A DNA stretch of 64,000 nt from positions 4,384,001-4,448,000 of the forward strand of contig OZ242296.1 in NCBI GenBank assembly GCA_965207735.1, in the 5' to 3' direction. Both the position numbers and the translations under genes were made by a program. Source of the DNA: Candidatus Versatilivorator sp. (GTDB lineage Bacteria; Acidobacteriota; Terriglobia; Versatilivoradales; Versatilivoraceae). Shown here piece by piece: positions 19,406-28,459 of this stretch (its first letter is position 1; every line of letters begins with the position of its first letter). The notes beneath the pieces were generated by a model. It worked only from the letters and a program-made list of their open reading frames with translations, was not told where the DNA came from and did no database searches.

Positions 19406-21070
19406 TCACCCCCAGGGATCGGGAGCCAGGGCCTCCATGTCGGTGACCGCATCCAGCACCACCGGGCGGTCGGCCTGCAGCGCCTCCTCCAGGGCGGGGA
19501 CCACCCCCTCGGGCTGCTCCACCCGGATGCCCCGGCAGCCCAGGGACTCGGCCATGGCCGCGATGTTCAGGTCCCGGAACTGCCACATCTCCAAACCCTG
19601 GCGCTGCACCCCTCCGTAGGCGCTGGCGAATATCTCGGTCTCCTGATTGAGGGAACGGTTGTCGTTTACCACGATCACGGGATGGATGCCGTAGCGGAGG
19701 GCCGTCTCCAACTCCGACAGGTGGTAGTAGAAGCCGCCGTCGCCGGTGAAGCAGACCACCGGCCGTTGGGGCGCGGCGCACTTGGCCCCGATGGCCGCCG
19801 GCAGGCCCCAGCCCAGCGATCCGGCAGCCCGTATATAGCTCTGGCCGGGGTGGTGCAACTCGATGTGGGTCCCCGACCAGATCCCCGAGTGGCCGGTATC
19901 CGACACCAGGATCGCGTCCGGCGGCAAGGCCGATTCTATTTCCTTGCAGAGGCGCTCCGGGCGCATGGGCACCGCCGGCGAAGACCGCAGGGGAGCTACC
20001 TCCGAACGCCATTCGGCCACCACCTGCTCCACCCGCGAGAGCCACTCGGAGTTGGGCGGCCGCGAGGCCAGGGCCGCATTCAACTCCTGCAGCCCGACCT
20101 TGGCATCGCCCCACAAGCTGCACAGGTTGGGGTAGTTGCGGCCCAGTTCCCCGGGTTCGATGTCCAGTTGAAGGACGGGAGTCCCCTTGGGCGGAATGCG
20201 CCAACTGTTGGTGACCTGCCCCCCGGTGCGGCTGCCGATGAAAAAGACAAGGTCGGCCTCGGACACCAGCCGGTTGGCGCAGTCGCGGGAATAGGAGCCT
20301 ACCACTCCGATGGACAGGGAGTGGTTTTCCGGAAGGGTCCCCTTGGCGTTCAGAGAGGTCGCCACCGGGATGGAGAGCTTTTCCGCCAACTGCCTCACTT
20401 CGGCCTGGGCTCCGGAAAGGGTAACTCCTCCGCCGGCGACAATGACCGGCCGGCGGCTTCGGCTCAACAGTTCGGCCGCCCGCTGCAAGCTGTCGGGCTC
20501 CGGTCGAGGGCGGATGGCGGGATATCGAGCGAACTGGGGCTCGAAGACGGCGTCCAGATCAGCCTCTCCCTCGATGGCCTGACCGAAGTTGCCCGCGATC
20601 TCCAGGTGAACCGGAGCCGGGCATCCGGTGGTGGCTTCCCGGAAAGCCTGGCGGAGGAGGTCGGGCAGGCGCTGGGGCAGATCCACCTGGACGTTGAACT
20701 TGCTCAAGGGCTCGAACAGGGGAAAATCATCCACCTCCTGGTAGACGCCGCGGTGCTTGCTCTCGGGAAGCCGGCCACCGTTGACGGCAATGACCGGAGC
20801 GCAGGCCAGATAGGGGTCTCGCAGCCCTGCCGCCAGGTTGGCGGCGCCGATGGTCTGGGCCATGGCCACCCCGGGCCTGCCCGAGATGCGGGCGTAGCCG
20901 TCGGCCATGTAGACGGCCGCCTTCTCGCTGTGGGCCGTCACCCGCACGATATCGAGGCTTTCCATCTCGGCCAGGGCCGGTGTCAGGATGGTGGGGACCA
21001 GAAAGACGTGGGTGACTCCATAGGCCTGCATGGCCTCGGCAAAGTAGCGGGATCCCGTCATGGGTGGCAT
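19406..21070 (-). CDS. Thiamine-diphosphate-dependent enzyme (acetolactate synthase-like)
   Basis: HSEKAAVYMADGYAR; GSLGWGLPAAIGAK; GDGGF...NDN ThDP-binding motif. Confidence 0.92.
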   Translation of the reverse strand: MPPMTGSRYFAEAMQAYGVTHVFLVPTILTPALAEMESLDIVRVTAHSEKAAVYMADGYARISGRPGVAMAQTIGAANLAAGLRDPYLACAPVIAVNGGRLPESKHRGVYQEVDDFPLFEPLSKFNVQVDLPQRLPDLLRQAFREATTGCPAPVHLEIAGNFGQAIEGEADLDAVFEPQFARYPAIRPRPEPDSLQRAAELLSRSRRPVIVAGGGVTLSGAQAEVRQLAEKLSIPVATSLNAKGTLPENHSLSIGVVGSYSRDCANRLVSEADLVFFIGSRTGGQVTNSWRIPPKGTPVLQLDIEPGELGRNYPNLCSLWGDAKVGLQELNAALASRPPNSEWLSRVEQVVAEWRSEVAPLRSSPAVPMRPERLCKEIESALPPDAILVSDTGHSGIWSGTHIELHHPGQSYIRAAGSLGWGLPAAIGAKCAAPQRPVVCFTGDGGFYYHLSELETALRYGIHPVIVVNDNRSLNQETEIFASAYGGVQRQGLEMWQFRDLNIAAMAESLGCRGIRVEQPEGVVPALEEALQADRPVVLDAVTDMEALAPDPWG

Positions 21071-21194
21071 GGGTGTCCTTCAGGTCGGGCTTGACGGCTG
21101 GCAACGCTGGCGCGAATATTACTCTGCACTGCCTCTCGACACAACCCCGTTGCGGAGGTTGAAACAGCAGAAAGGCACAGGTCAGGAGCAATCG

Positions 21195-22160
21195 ATGCAT
21201 GGCAAGCCGCCCGACCGCCGGGATTTTCTTCGGAATTCATTCCAACTCATGCTGCTGGGCGCAGGCTGGAGCTGCGCCTCCCGGGAGGGCGGCGGCAAGA
21301 AGCCATCCGGGCAGGCGGATGGCAAGGAGGCTCGCATGAAACTATCGCTGTCGGCCCGGGTTGCGGAGAGCTTTTCCAACAAGGAAGAGGCCTCGCTGAA
21401 CCTGGAGGAACTCATCGACCTGGCCCGGAACCACGGGTATCGGGCCCTCTGCATGCGGGCCTCTCAGGCGGGCATTCATTCGCCGCCCGAACAAGTGGCC
21501 CGCATGAGCCGCCGGATCGAGGAGGCCGGCCTCCGGGTCTCCATGGTCACCGGAGACTTCGCCGTGCCCCGCAACGACGAGCTGGGGCCGGCCGGCCTCC
21601 GCAACATCGCGCCCTTCCTGGACCTGGCGGAAACCTTTGGAGCCGACCTGATCCGAATCTGCATGAAGAAGGAGGAGGACATTCCCTGGGCCCAAACGGC
21701 TTCCGACACCGCCGCCGAGCGAGGCATCCGCCTGGCCCACCAGTCCCACTGCTCCAGCCTGTTCGAAACCGTAGAGGGCTCCCTCCGGGTGCTGGAAAAG
21801 GTGGACCGCCCCAACTTCGGGATCATTTACGAACCCGCCAACTGGATGATTGCGGGAGAAGACTACGGCAGCGAGACCATCAAGAGATTGGGGCCTCACC
21901 TTTTCAACGTCTACGTCCAGAATCACCGCCTCAATCCCCAGGGAGAGGGGGTGGTCCAAACCTGGAATCGCGGCCCGGTCCGACTGGACCACATCGGCCT
22001 GTGGGAGTCGGGAGGGGTCAATTTCGAAGAGGTCTTCCAGGGCCTGGAGGACATCCAATACCGGGGCTATGTCACCATCCACCAAGCCTTTGCAGGCATC
22101 ATGTCGGTGGCCGCCGCCGCCCGCCGCAGCGCGACGTTCCTTGAACCCTGGATGGAGTGA
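21195..22160 (+). CDS. Tat-exported sugar phosphate isomerase/epimerase (xylose isomerase-like TIM barrel)
   Basis: DRRDFL twin-arginine leader with possible lipobox Cys; VDRPNFGIIYEPAN, NVYVQN, YRGYVT motifs. Confidence 0.8.
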   Translation: MHGKPPDRRDFLRNSFQLMLLGAGWSCASREGGGKKPSGQADGKEARMKLSLSARVAESFSNKEEASLNLEELIDLARNHGYRALCMRASQAGIHSPPEQVARMSRRIEEAGLRVSMVTGDFAVPRNDELGPAGLRNIAPFLDLAETFGADLIRICMKKEEDIPWAQTASDTAAERGIRLAHQSHCSSLFETVEGSLRVLEKVDRPNFGIIYEPANWMIAGEDYGSETIKRLGPHLFNVYVQNHRLNPQGEGVVQTWNRGPVRLDHIGLWESGGVNFEEVFQGLEDIQYRGYVTIHQAFAGIMSVAAAARRSATFLEPWME

Positions 22161-22184
22161 AAGAGGAATCGTAGTTGGGGTACG

Positions 22185-22448
22185 TCAGAGGAGATCTTGG
22201 GGCTTGGTAGCCGGATCTGCGATATTCGGGAAGTCCTCGTCCAAGGACCTCAAACGGGACAAGACCTCGCCAAGTGACGGAAGTTCTTGGACAGGCACGA
22301 CCACCAGACGGTCCTCTTCCCTGCTTATCAATACTTCGTCTGTGCTCAGTTCAAACTCTTTCGGGATTCTTAGAGCCTGATTGTGGCCACTGCGAAACAG
22401 CCGCGCACGGCGAGTCCGACTCGGCATGTTCGGTTTTCCTTTCGGCAT
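22185..22448 (-). CDS. vapB: VapB-type antitoxin (AbrB/MazE fold), orphan
   Basis: ARLFRSGHNQALRIPKEFEL..DEVLISREEDRLVVVP matches the VapB/VagC pattern; no toxin ORF downstream. Confidence 0.82.
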   Translation of the reverse strand: MPKGKPNMPSRTRRARLFRSGHNQALRIPKEFELSTDEVLISREEDRLVVVPVQELPSLGEVLSRLRSLDEDFPNIADPATKPQDLL

Positions 22449-22473
22449 ATGCTAAATCAGTTCCAGGGGAAAT

Positions 22474-22555
22474 TGCTGCCGCCGCCTTCGCGGCTCGGGC
22501 TTTCGTCGCATCCTTTTCCATGGGCTTACGCCCACGGCTACCTGCTGCCGCCGCC
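22474..22555. repeat. GTAG-type REP-like cluster (left)
   Basis: TGCTGCCGCCGCCTTCGCGGCT and hairpin CCATGGGCTTACGCCCACGG followed by CTAC; same family as 24775-24862 in the opposite orientation. Confidence 0.7.
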
Positions 22556-22718
22556 GCAACGTCCCTACAAAATCCAGTGATGTCTATCGTCGTCCAGTAG
22601 AGTCCATAACCATATTATTTATGAGTGTCTTATCCCAGTTATACTGTGGGTTGACTTGCTACCAACGTCCCCTGTAATCCATTGCCATCCCCCATAATAT
22701 GGGGGGATAGATACTGTA

Positions 22719-23300
22719 ACGGACTTCGCTCCTGCCCGACCTAAGACCAAACCCACCGACTGCCACCCCAGCAACGCCCTCTCGGCTGCCTTCCTGCGCT
22801 CCGCTCCGCCCGGAAGATACGCCGATGGAAACGGATTGTACCTCTTCGTCCAGCCCAGCGGAACCCGCAGTTGGATTCAACGCCTGGTCGTCCGTGGCCG
22901 AGCGTCGGAGATTCTCGAAGCGGCACGGACCCTGGGCGAAGGAGCCGGTCCTCTGGTGTTCACCCGTGGGCAACGGAAGCCGCTCAATGACAAGGAGCTG
23001 CGGTGGCTGGTCCGCGAGCAGGGGATTGCGGCCGTGCCGCACGGGTTCAGATCCAGCTTCCGGGACTGGGCGGCCGAAGAGACGGATCATCCCCGGGAGG
23101 TGGTCGAGGCGGCCCTGGCGCATGTGGTCCGGAACCGGATCGAGGCGGCCTATGCCCGCTCGGACCTGTTCGAGCGCCGGCGTGTCCTGATGGACGACTG
23201 GGCGCGTTACCTGGCCCAGGGGATCGGTTGCCCGGGGCAAACCAGGGTGAGAGCCAGGCTCCAAGTTCCCTGCAGAGGAAGAAGGGAGCGGCGGGGATGA
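22719..23300 (+). pseudogene. P4-like tyrosine integrase with in-frame internal deletion
   Basis: Arm-binding N-terminus (PGRYADGNGLYLFVQPSGTRSWIQRLVVRGR) joined directly to the C-terminal catalytic part (VPHGFRSSFRDWAAE..ALAH..EAAYARSDLFERRRVLMDDWA); apparent start is ACG at 22719. Confidence 0.88.
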
Positions 23301-23417
23301 TGGGGGGCAAGGGGGAGTTCCCCCCGGTCGGGGGTTCGAAGGGGCGGGAGCCCCTCGCCAGCGCCAATGTACTACATTGGGTAGGCTGGCTCCCCGGCAC
23401 TACGCGTTGCGGCGCCG

Positions 23418-23577
23418 GCCTCGCTGTCCCCGCCTCGCCCGGCGCGTCGGCGCGCCACACGAGACGGGTGCTGGCGGTGAGAGCGCCCTTTTTCGGCGCT
23501 GGCGCGCCACGGAGGAGGGCAAAGGTGGCCAGGGGTCCGGACACCCTTTGCCCCCGCGCGGAGGTCGCTCTCTCCGC
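23418..23577. repeat. Fold-back structured element, copy 1
   Basis: Homologous to 24074-24243; nested inverted repeats 23474-23488/23563-23577 and 23517-23553. Confidence 0.7.
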
Positions 23578-24073
23578 ATGGCGACCCCAGGACCGCTGAG
23601 CGAGCCGGCCATTCCGGTTTCCCCACAGGCGGCGGTCCCTGCGGTCCCTGAGACGGAAATCGGTCCAGGAGGCGTTCCGGGGTGTCCTGATATGCCAGGG
23701 AGTGAGAAAGCCCAGCCAGCCCCCCGCAAAGCTCGCGGATTCAGGGGTCAGGACACGATCGAACGCCATGGCGGCCTCGGTGTCGTCATGGAGAAGATCG
23801 ACCAATGGGAGCAGGAAGACCCGGCCTCCAACGGCCGCGACATGATCGACGATTTCCGCCTCCGGGGGTCAAGGACGTGGCGTCGTAGGGGTGTCCACCT
23901 TTCAGACGGGGGGGTGGACATCCAAGGTGGACATGATTTCGACCACCCCAACGCTCCTCTCTCAGAGGGCGGAGTCCTCGCCGTCGTGGTCCAGGTTGTG
24001 CCCGGAAACCCGCATTGGAAGCGGGTTGGCACGGATTCCCCGCGTCCGCTGCGGAAAAGCGAAGCGAGGCTGC

Positions 24074-24243
24074 GCCTCGCGCGTCCCCCCCTCGCCCGGC
24101 GGGGTGGCGCGCCGCACGAGAGGGGAGGAAGTGGAGGGAGCGACCCCCTCATTTTTGCCGCTGGTGCGCCACGAGCGGGTGGAAAGGTGGCCAGGCCTCT
24201 GGCCACCCTTCCGCCCCTCGTTTTCGGGGGTCGCTCCCTCCAC
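24074..24243. repeat. Fold-back structured element, copy 2
   Basis: Perfect 18-bp stem 24131-24148/24226-24243 enclosing a long inner hairpin 24171-24221. Confidence 0.75.
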
Positions 24244-24774
24244 AGTGATCCCTGGCGGGAAGGCCTCCAGCGCCTTGTCATCCAGCGGCACCTCAACGTC
24301 GGCTCCCGGTTGCGCGGCCTCGTCTATGAAGCCCTCGAAGAACAGAAGACCACAGATGGCCAAAGGCCGAGAAGGGCAAGGCTGGAGGATGCTCACAACC
24401 CGACATCTCCGGACTGCAGCACCGGCAGCTTGCCACCCCGCTCGACGTTCCCGGACGCAGAGTCTCGGGGGTTGCAACATCGTAAGACCTGTCCACCAAC
24501 GTCCTGAATAGTCCAGTGGATTCCCGTTCAAATAGAGGGATATAATGAGGGGATTACAACAGGACAAACCACAGTAAGTCTATTATAATGAGCAGTTACA
24601 AGTTTTCTGATGTAGTCGCCGCCTTCGCGGCTTTCTGGAACCCCAGGCCGGTGCCGCGGGGATCATCACTTGAATTCCTGTCTGCCGGCAGTGTTTTGCT
24701 GTAAGGGATAGCGGTGAAGCCGCGGTTGACTTAGGTCGGTTGAGGAAACGCCTCGTACAGGTCTTCCTTATAGA

Positions 24775-24862
24775 GCGGCGCAGCCGCGCCAGCAGGTAGC
24801 CCCGGGCGTGAGCCCGGGGTCGTTTGAACCCGGCGCTACCGTAGCCGCGTAGGCGGCGAGTT
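24775..24862. repeat. GTAG-type REP-like cluster (right)
   Basis: CAGCAGGTAGCCCGGGCGTGAGCCCGGG and GTAGCCGCGTAGGCGGCG. Confidence 0.7.
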
Positions 24863-24937
24863 AGGAGCGTCCTTACCAGGACTCAGTGCCTCTTAAAAAA
24901 ACACCAAACAGTTACGGCTTCTCAAGAGGTCGCCCTC

Positions 24938-25939
24938 CTAATACCACTTGGCCTTGTCCACCAGGTTGCGCAGGGGCCTGCCCTCGGCGAAACGGCGCAC
25001 GTTGTCCAGCAGAACCGCCAAGTGGCGTTCGGCGATTCTGGGGGTAGCCGCGGCCACGTGCGGCGTGATGATTACGTTGTCCATCTTCCAGAGCGGATGG
25101 TCCGGGGGGAGGGGCTCAGTCTCGAAGACATCCAGTCCGGCCCCCGCGATATCGCCCGCCTGAAGCGCTTCGGTCAGATCGGCCAAGTCTACGATCATCC
25201 CACGGCCGATGTTGATGAAGTAGGCTTCCGGCTTCATTTGTTGAAATAGCGGACGGCGGAACAGCTTCTCGGTCTCCGGCGTGTGTGGGGCCGCAACCAC
25301 CACGAAATCGCTGGCGGAGAGCAGGTCGGGCAGTCGGTCCGGCCTCCACAGAGCCTCCACCCCATCCAGAGCCTGCTGTTGCTGCGGATCCACGGCCAGC
25401 ACCCGCATCCCGAAGGCCAGTCCTCGCCGGGCGATTTCGGAGCCGATGCTACCCAGACCGACGATTCCCAGGGTTGAATCCGGAAGATGCCGGTGGGCGC
25501 GGTCCATGCCGCTGACCCTCGAGGGTCCCAGGACAAAACCCGAGCGTTCGGCCTCTCCGCCCGCCGCTTCCCAGTGAGACCGGAGCTGCTGCCGGAGGTA
25601 CAGGGGGAAATTGCGGGCGAAGCAGATGATGTAGCCGAAGACGTGGTCGGCAATGACATCGGCATAGATCCCGCGCATGTTGGTGAGCCGGCAGGGGTGG
25701 TCCGCCAGCGCCGGGAACATGTAGTGCTCCAGGCTGGCGGTGGGAGACTGCACCCAACTCAGCCGGCCTGCCGCCGCCAGCAGTGAGGGCGTGAGCTTTC
25801 CGAAAAAGGCGTCAGCGTCGGCGATCTCCCGCAGAGCCGCTTCCTCCCCGTCGACGTTCACCACCGACATGGGCCGGGCGGCCTCCACGATCTTCCGGAG
25901 CCGTTCCGATTCAACCGCCGGAAAAATCAGAATCTTCAT
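24938..25939 (-). CDS. D-2-hydroxyacid dehydrogenase
   Basis: GIVGLGSIG, INIGRG, GAGLDVFETEPLP, ITPHVA. Confidence 0.92.
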   Translation of the reverse strand: MKILIFPAVESERLRKIVEAARPMSVVNVDGEEAALREIADADAFFGKLTPSLLAAAGRLSWVQSPTASLEHYMFPALADHPCRLTNMRGIYADVIADHVFGYIICFARNFPLYLRQQLRSHWEAAGGEAERSGFVLGPSRVSGMDRAHRHLPDSTLGIVGLGSIGSEIARRGLAFGMRVLAVDPQQQQALDGVEALWRPDRLPDLLSASDFVVVAAPHTPETEKLFRRPLFQQMKPEAYFINIGRGMIVDLADLTEALQAGDIAGAGLDVFETEPLPPDHPLWKMDNVIITPHVAAATPRIAERHLAVLLDNVRRFAEGRPLRNLVDKAKWY

Positions 25940-26015
25940 GACGGCACCTCAGCGTCACCTTCCCAAAACCTGCCTGAATGTGGAGCCGTGTCTATTGACT
26001 CGGACAACCCGGTCC

Positions 26016-27305
26016 TCACACCGACCAGGGCTCCCGATACTCCTTGGTCAGCATGGCGTTGGCTTCGGGGTCGTTGAGAATGGTTTCGGTTTCGGGATCG
26101 AGGTGAAGCACCCGCTGGGTCAGGTAGGCGATGTCGCCCAGATGGCTGAGCGCGCAGGAGAGATGGGCCACCTCGGCCGAGGCGTTGGGCTGCTTGCGGG
26201 AACGCACGCAGTCCAGGAAATTGGCAAAATGCTCCTCCTTGCCGATGCCGCCGCGCATGCCCGGCCCCTTTTCCTCTTTTTTGCCCAGGTAGACCTGAAA
26301 GTAGCCGCGCCGCGAGAAGATCATGAAGCCCTCGGTGCCGTAGAAGGCGTTGCCGCTGTCGAAGCCGTAGCCTCCGTAGGGCGTCCAGCCGCGGTCCTCG
26401 TAGAGCAGCACCTTGTCGTCCGGATATTGATAGGCCACCATCATGTTGTCGGGGTACTCCCGCACACCTTCCAGGTCGATGCGGCTGCCGTGGGCGGTAA
26501 TCCTGACGGGCAGGCCCTTGGGATTCAGCCCGAAACGGGCCATGTCCAGGTCGTGGCTGCCGTCGTTGCCGATGTCGCCGTTGCCGTAGTCCCGGTGCCA
26601 CTGCCAATAGTTGTGAAAGCGATTGGCGTTGAAGGGCCGCTTGGGAGCCGGACCCAGCCACAGGTCGTAGTCCACCCCGGGCGGGACCGGACCGTCCGGA
26701 ACCGGGGTGCGGTGCCTGTGGCGCTGCAGGTTCCAGGCCTTCGACATCTTGACTTCCCCGATCACCCCCGCCTTCAACAACTCCCCGGCCTTGAGCGTCA
26801 CCGGGCTCGAGCGCATCTGGGTGCCCTGCTGCACAACGCGGCCGTGCTTCCTGGCCGTGTCCAGTATCACCCGTCCCTCCCGAAACACGTGGCTGGCCGG
26901 TTTCTCCACGTAGAGATCCTTGCCCGCCTGCAGCGCCCGAACGGCAATGGGCGCATGCCAGTGGTGAGGGGTAGCAATCACCATGGCATCGATGGCGGGG
27001 TCATCCAGCAGATGGCGAAAATCGACGACTACCCTGGGCTTCCGCCCGGTGGCCTGCTTGACGGTCTCGGCCGCGCGCTGCCGGAACTCCCGGTCCACGT
27101 CGCAGACCGCCAGGCAGTCCGTATCCGGCCGCGCCAGGATGCGCTTCAGATGGCTGTTACCGATCCCCCGCAGTCCGATGACGGCCATCCCCAAGCGGTC
27201 GTTGGCGGACCAGGCCCGACGGGCCGTCAACACCGGGCCCAGCGCTCCCAGCGCCGCCCCACGGGCCGACCGGGATAAGAAGGTCCTTCGGGTGAGAGGA
27301 TTCAC
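26016..27305 (-). CDS. Tat-exported Gfo/Idh/MocA oxidoreductase
   Basis: TRRTFL leader; IATPHHWH; YVEKP; DYDLWLGPAP; GDIGNDGSHDLD. Confidence 0.9.
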   Translation of the reverse strand: MNPLTRRTFLSRSARGAALGALGPVLTARRAWSANDRLGMAVIGLRGIGNSHLKRILARPDTDCLAVCDVDREFRQRAAETVKQATGRKPRVVVDFRHLLDDPAIDAMVIATPHHWHAPIAVRALQAGKDLYVEKPASHVFREGRVILDTARKHGRVVQQGTQMRSSPVTLKAGELLKAGVIGEVKMSKAWNLQRHRHRTPVPDGPVPPGVDYDLWLGPAPKRPFNANRFHNYWQWHRDYGNGDIGNDGSHDLDMARFGLNPKGLPVRITAHGSRIDLEGVREYPDNMMVAYQYPDDKVLLYEDRGWTPYGGYGFDSGNAFYGTEGFMIFSRRGYFQVYLGKKEEKGPGMRGGIGKEEHFANFLDCVRSRKQPNASAEVAHLSCALSHLGDIAYLTQRVLHLDPETETILNDPEANAMLTKEYREPWSV

Positions 27306-27357
27306 GACAATCTCTCCTTGAAATCGTTGTCTCCCGCCGCGATGCGGTTAACGCCGT

Positions 27358-28428
27358 TCAGACCTCCGCTTCCACCTTGCGGATCATCTCGTTCAGATTG
27401 CGGTAGTTGATCTTCATGGCCTCTACGCGGGAGCCGCTGGGGGGGCGGAAGTGTGTGGCCAGGGAGAGGAAGACGTCGCAGCCGTGGTCGCGCATGCCGC
27501 GCAGAATGGTGAGGTAGTCCACGTCGCCGTCGCCGAGCGGACGGTATTCGAATTTGAGCTTGCGGCCGTCGAGCACGTGCAGGTCCTTGAGGTGAAGCCC
27601 GTGGAGATAGGGCCGAATGTTCGCGAAGCCGGCGGTGGCCACGTCCCACTCGCCGCAGTTCCAGCAGTCGGCCGGCCCCCACATCACCGTGAGGCGGCGG
27701 GAGCCCACCCGCTCCACCAGGCTGCGGAAGTTGCCGGTGGTGTTGGTGTAGTTCCAGGGCATCATGGAGAGGGCCACGTCCACCTGGTAGCGCTCGGCCT
27801 CCTCCGCCACCAGGGTGAAGGCCTTCACCAGCTTCTCCATGTCCACCTCGGCGATGACCCCGCCCCGGGTGAGCCAGCGCATAGGCCAGGTGGGTTTGCC
27901 GCTGGAGTACTCGCCCGGCCAGGCGAAGGTGAAGGCGCCCACGGCGCCCACGCCGATGCGGGAGGCGATCTGCATGGAGCGAACCAGGTGCTGGAAGTCC
28001 TTTTTGAACCCCTGGTGATCCGCCATGGTCTTGAGATCCAGGTCGGTCAGGTGAATGTGCTTGAAGGGATTGCCGGCGTTGAACAGAAAGATCTCGAGGC
28101 CGTGCCGCTCCACCCGCTGGGCCATGCGGTCGGCGGCCGCGTCGCTCATTTCAGCCACGGGGGTCTCGTTGAGCAGGCGATTGAACCAGACGTAGTCCAC
28201 GCCGACCTCCTTGGCCTGGGCCAGTTCCTGGTCAAAGGGAAGCCTCAACTCCGGCGTGTACATGGCCAGCCGGAAACGGTGTCCGGTGCCGGCCTTTTCA
28301 GGCGATCCAGCGGCCCTGCCGGGGGCCGCGCCGGCCCGGGCCTGACCGGCTCCCGCAGTCACTAGAGCACCGGCAGCCATGCCCAGGCCGGCGCGTTCGA
28401 TGGTGGTCAGAAATTCTCGTCGTCTCAT
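27358..28428 (-). CDS. Tat-exported sugar phosphate isomerase/epimerase-like TIM barrel protein
   Basis: RRREFL leader; GLHLKD; PLGDGDVDY motifs. Confidence 0.8.
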   Translation of the reverse strand: MRRREFLTTIERAGLGMAAGALVTAGAGQARAGAAPGRAAGSPEKAGTGHRFRLAMYTPELRLPFDQELAQAKEVGVDYVWFNRLLNETPVAEMSDAAADRMAQRVERHGLEIFLFNAGNPFKHIHLTDLDLKTMADHQGFKKDFQHLVRSMQIASRIGVGAVGAFTFAWPGEYSSGKPTWPMRWLTRGGVIAEVDMEKLVKAFTLVAEEAERYQVDVALSMMPWNYTNTTGNFRSLVERVGSRRLTVMWGPADCWNCGEWDVATAGFANIRPYLHGLHLKDLHVLDGRKLKFEYRPLGDGDVDYLTILRGMRDHGCDVFLSLATHFRPPSGSRVEAMKINYRNLNEMIRKVEAEV

Positions 28429-28459
28429 CTCATCTCTCCTTCCAGCGGGGATTCCCAGA

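Larger units (their letters stand above)
22556..24616. mobile_element. Degenerate miniature integrative element with P4-type integrase remnant
   Basis: AT-rich ends with a repeated bipartite motif; integrase pseudogene at the left end; flanked by direct CGCCGCC (22549-22555, 24617-24623). Confidence 0.65.

Noticed and set aside
23377-24567. Long ORFs inside the mini-element (e.g. 23377..24507)
   Set aside because: Low-complexity Arg/Pro/Gly translations running through inverted repeats; at most short gene relics (e.g. near 24250-24350) that I cannot assign.
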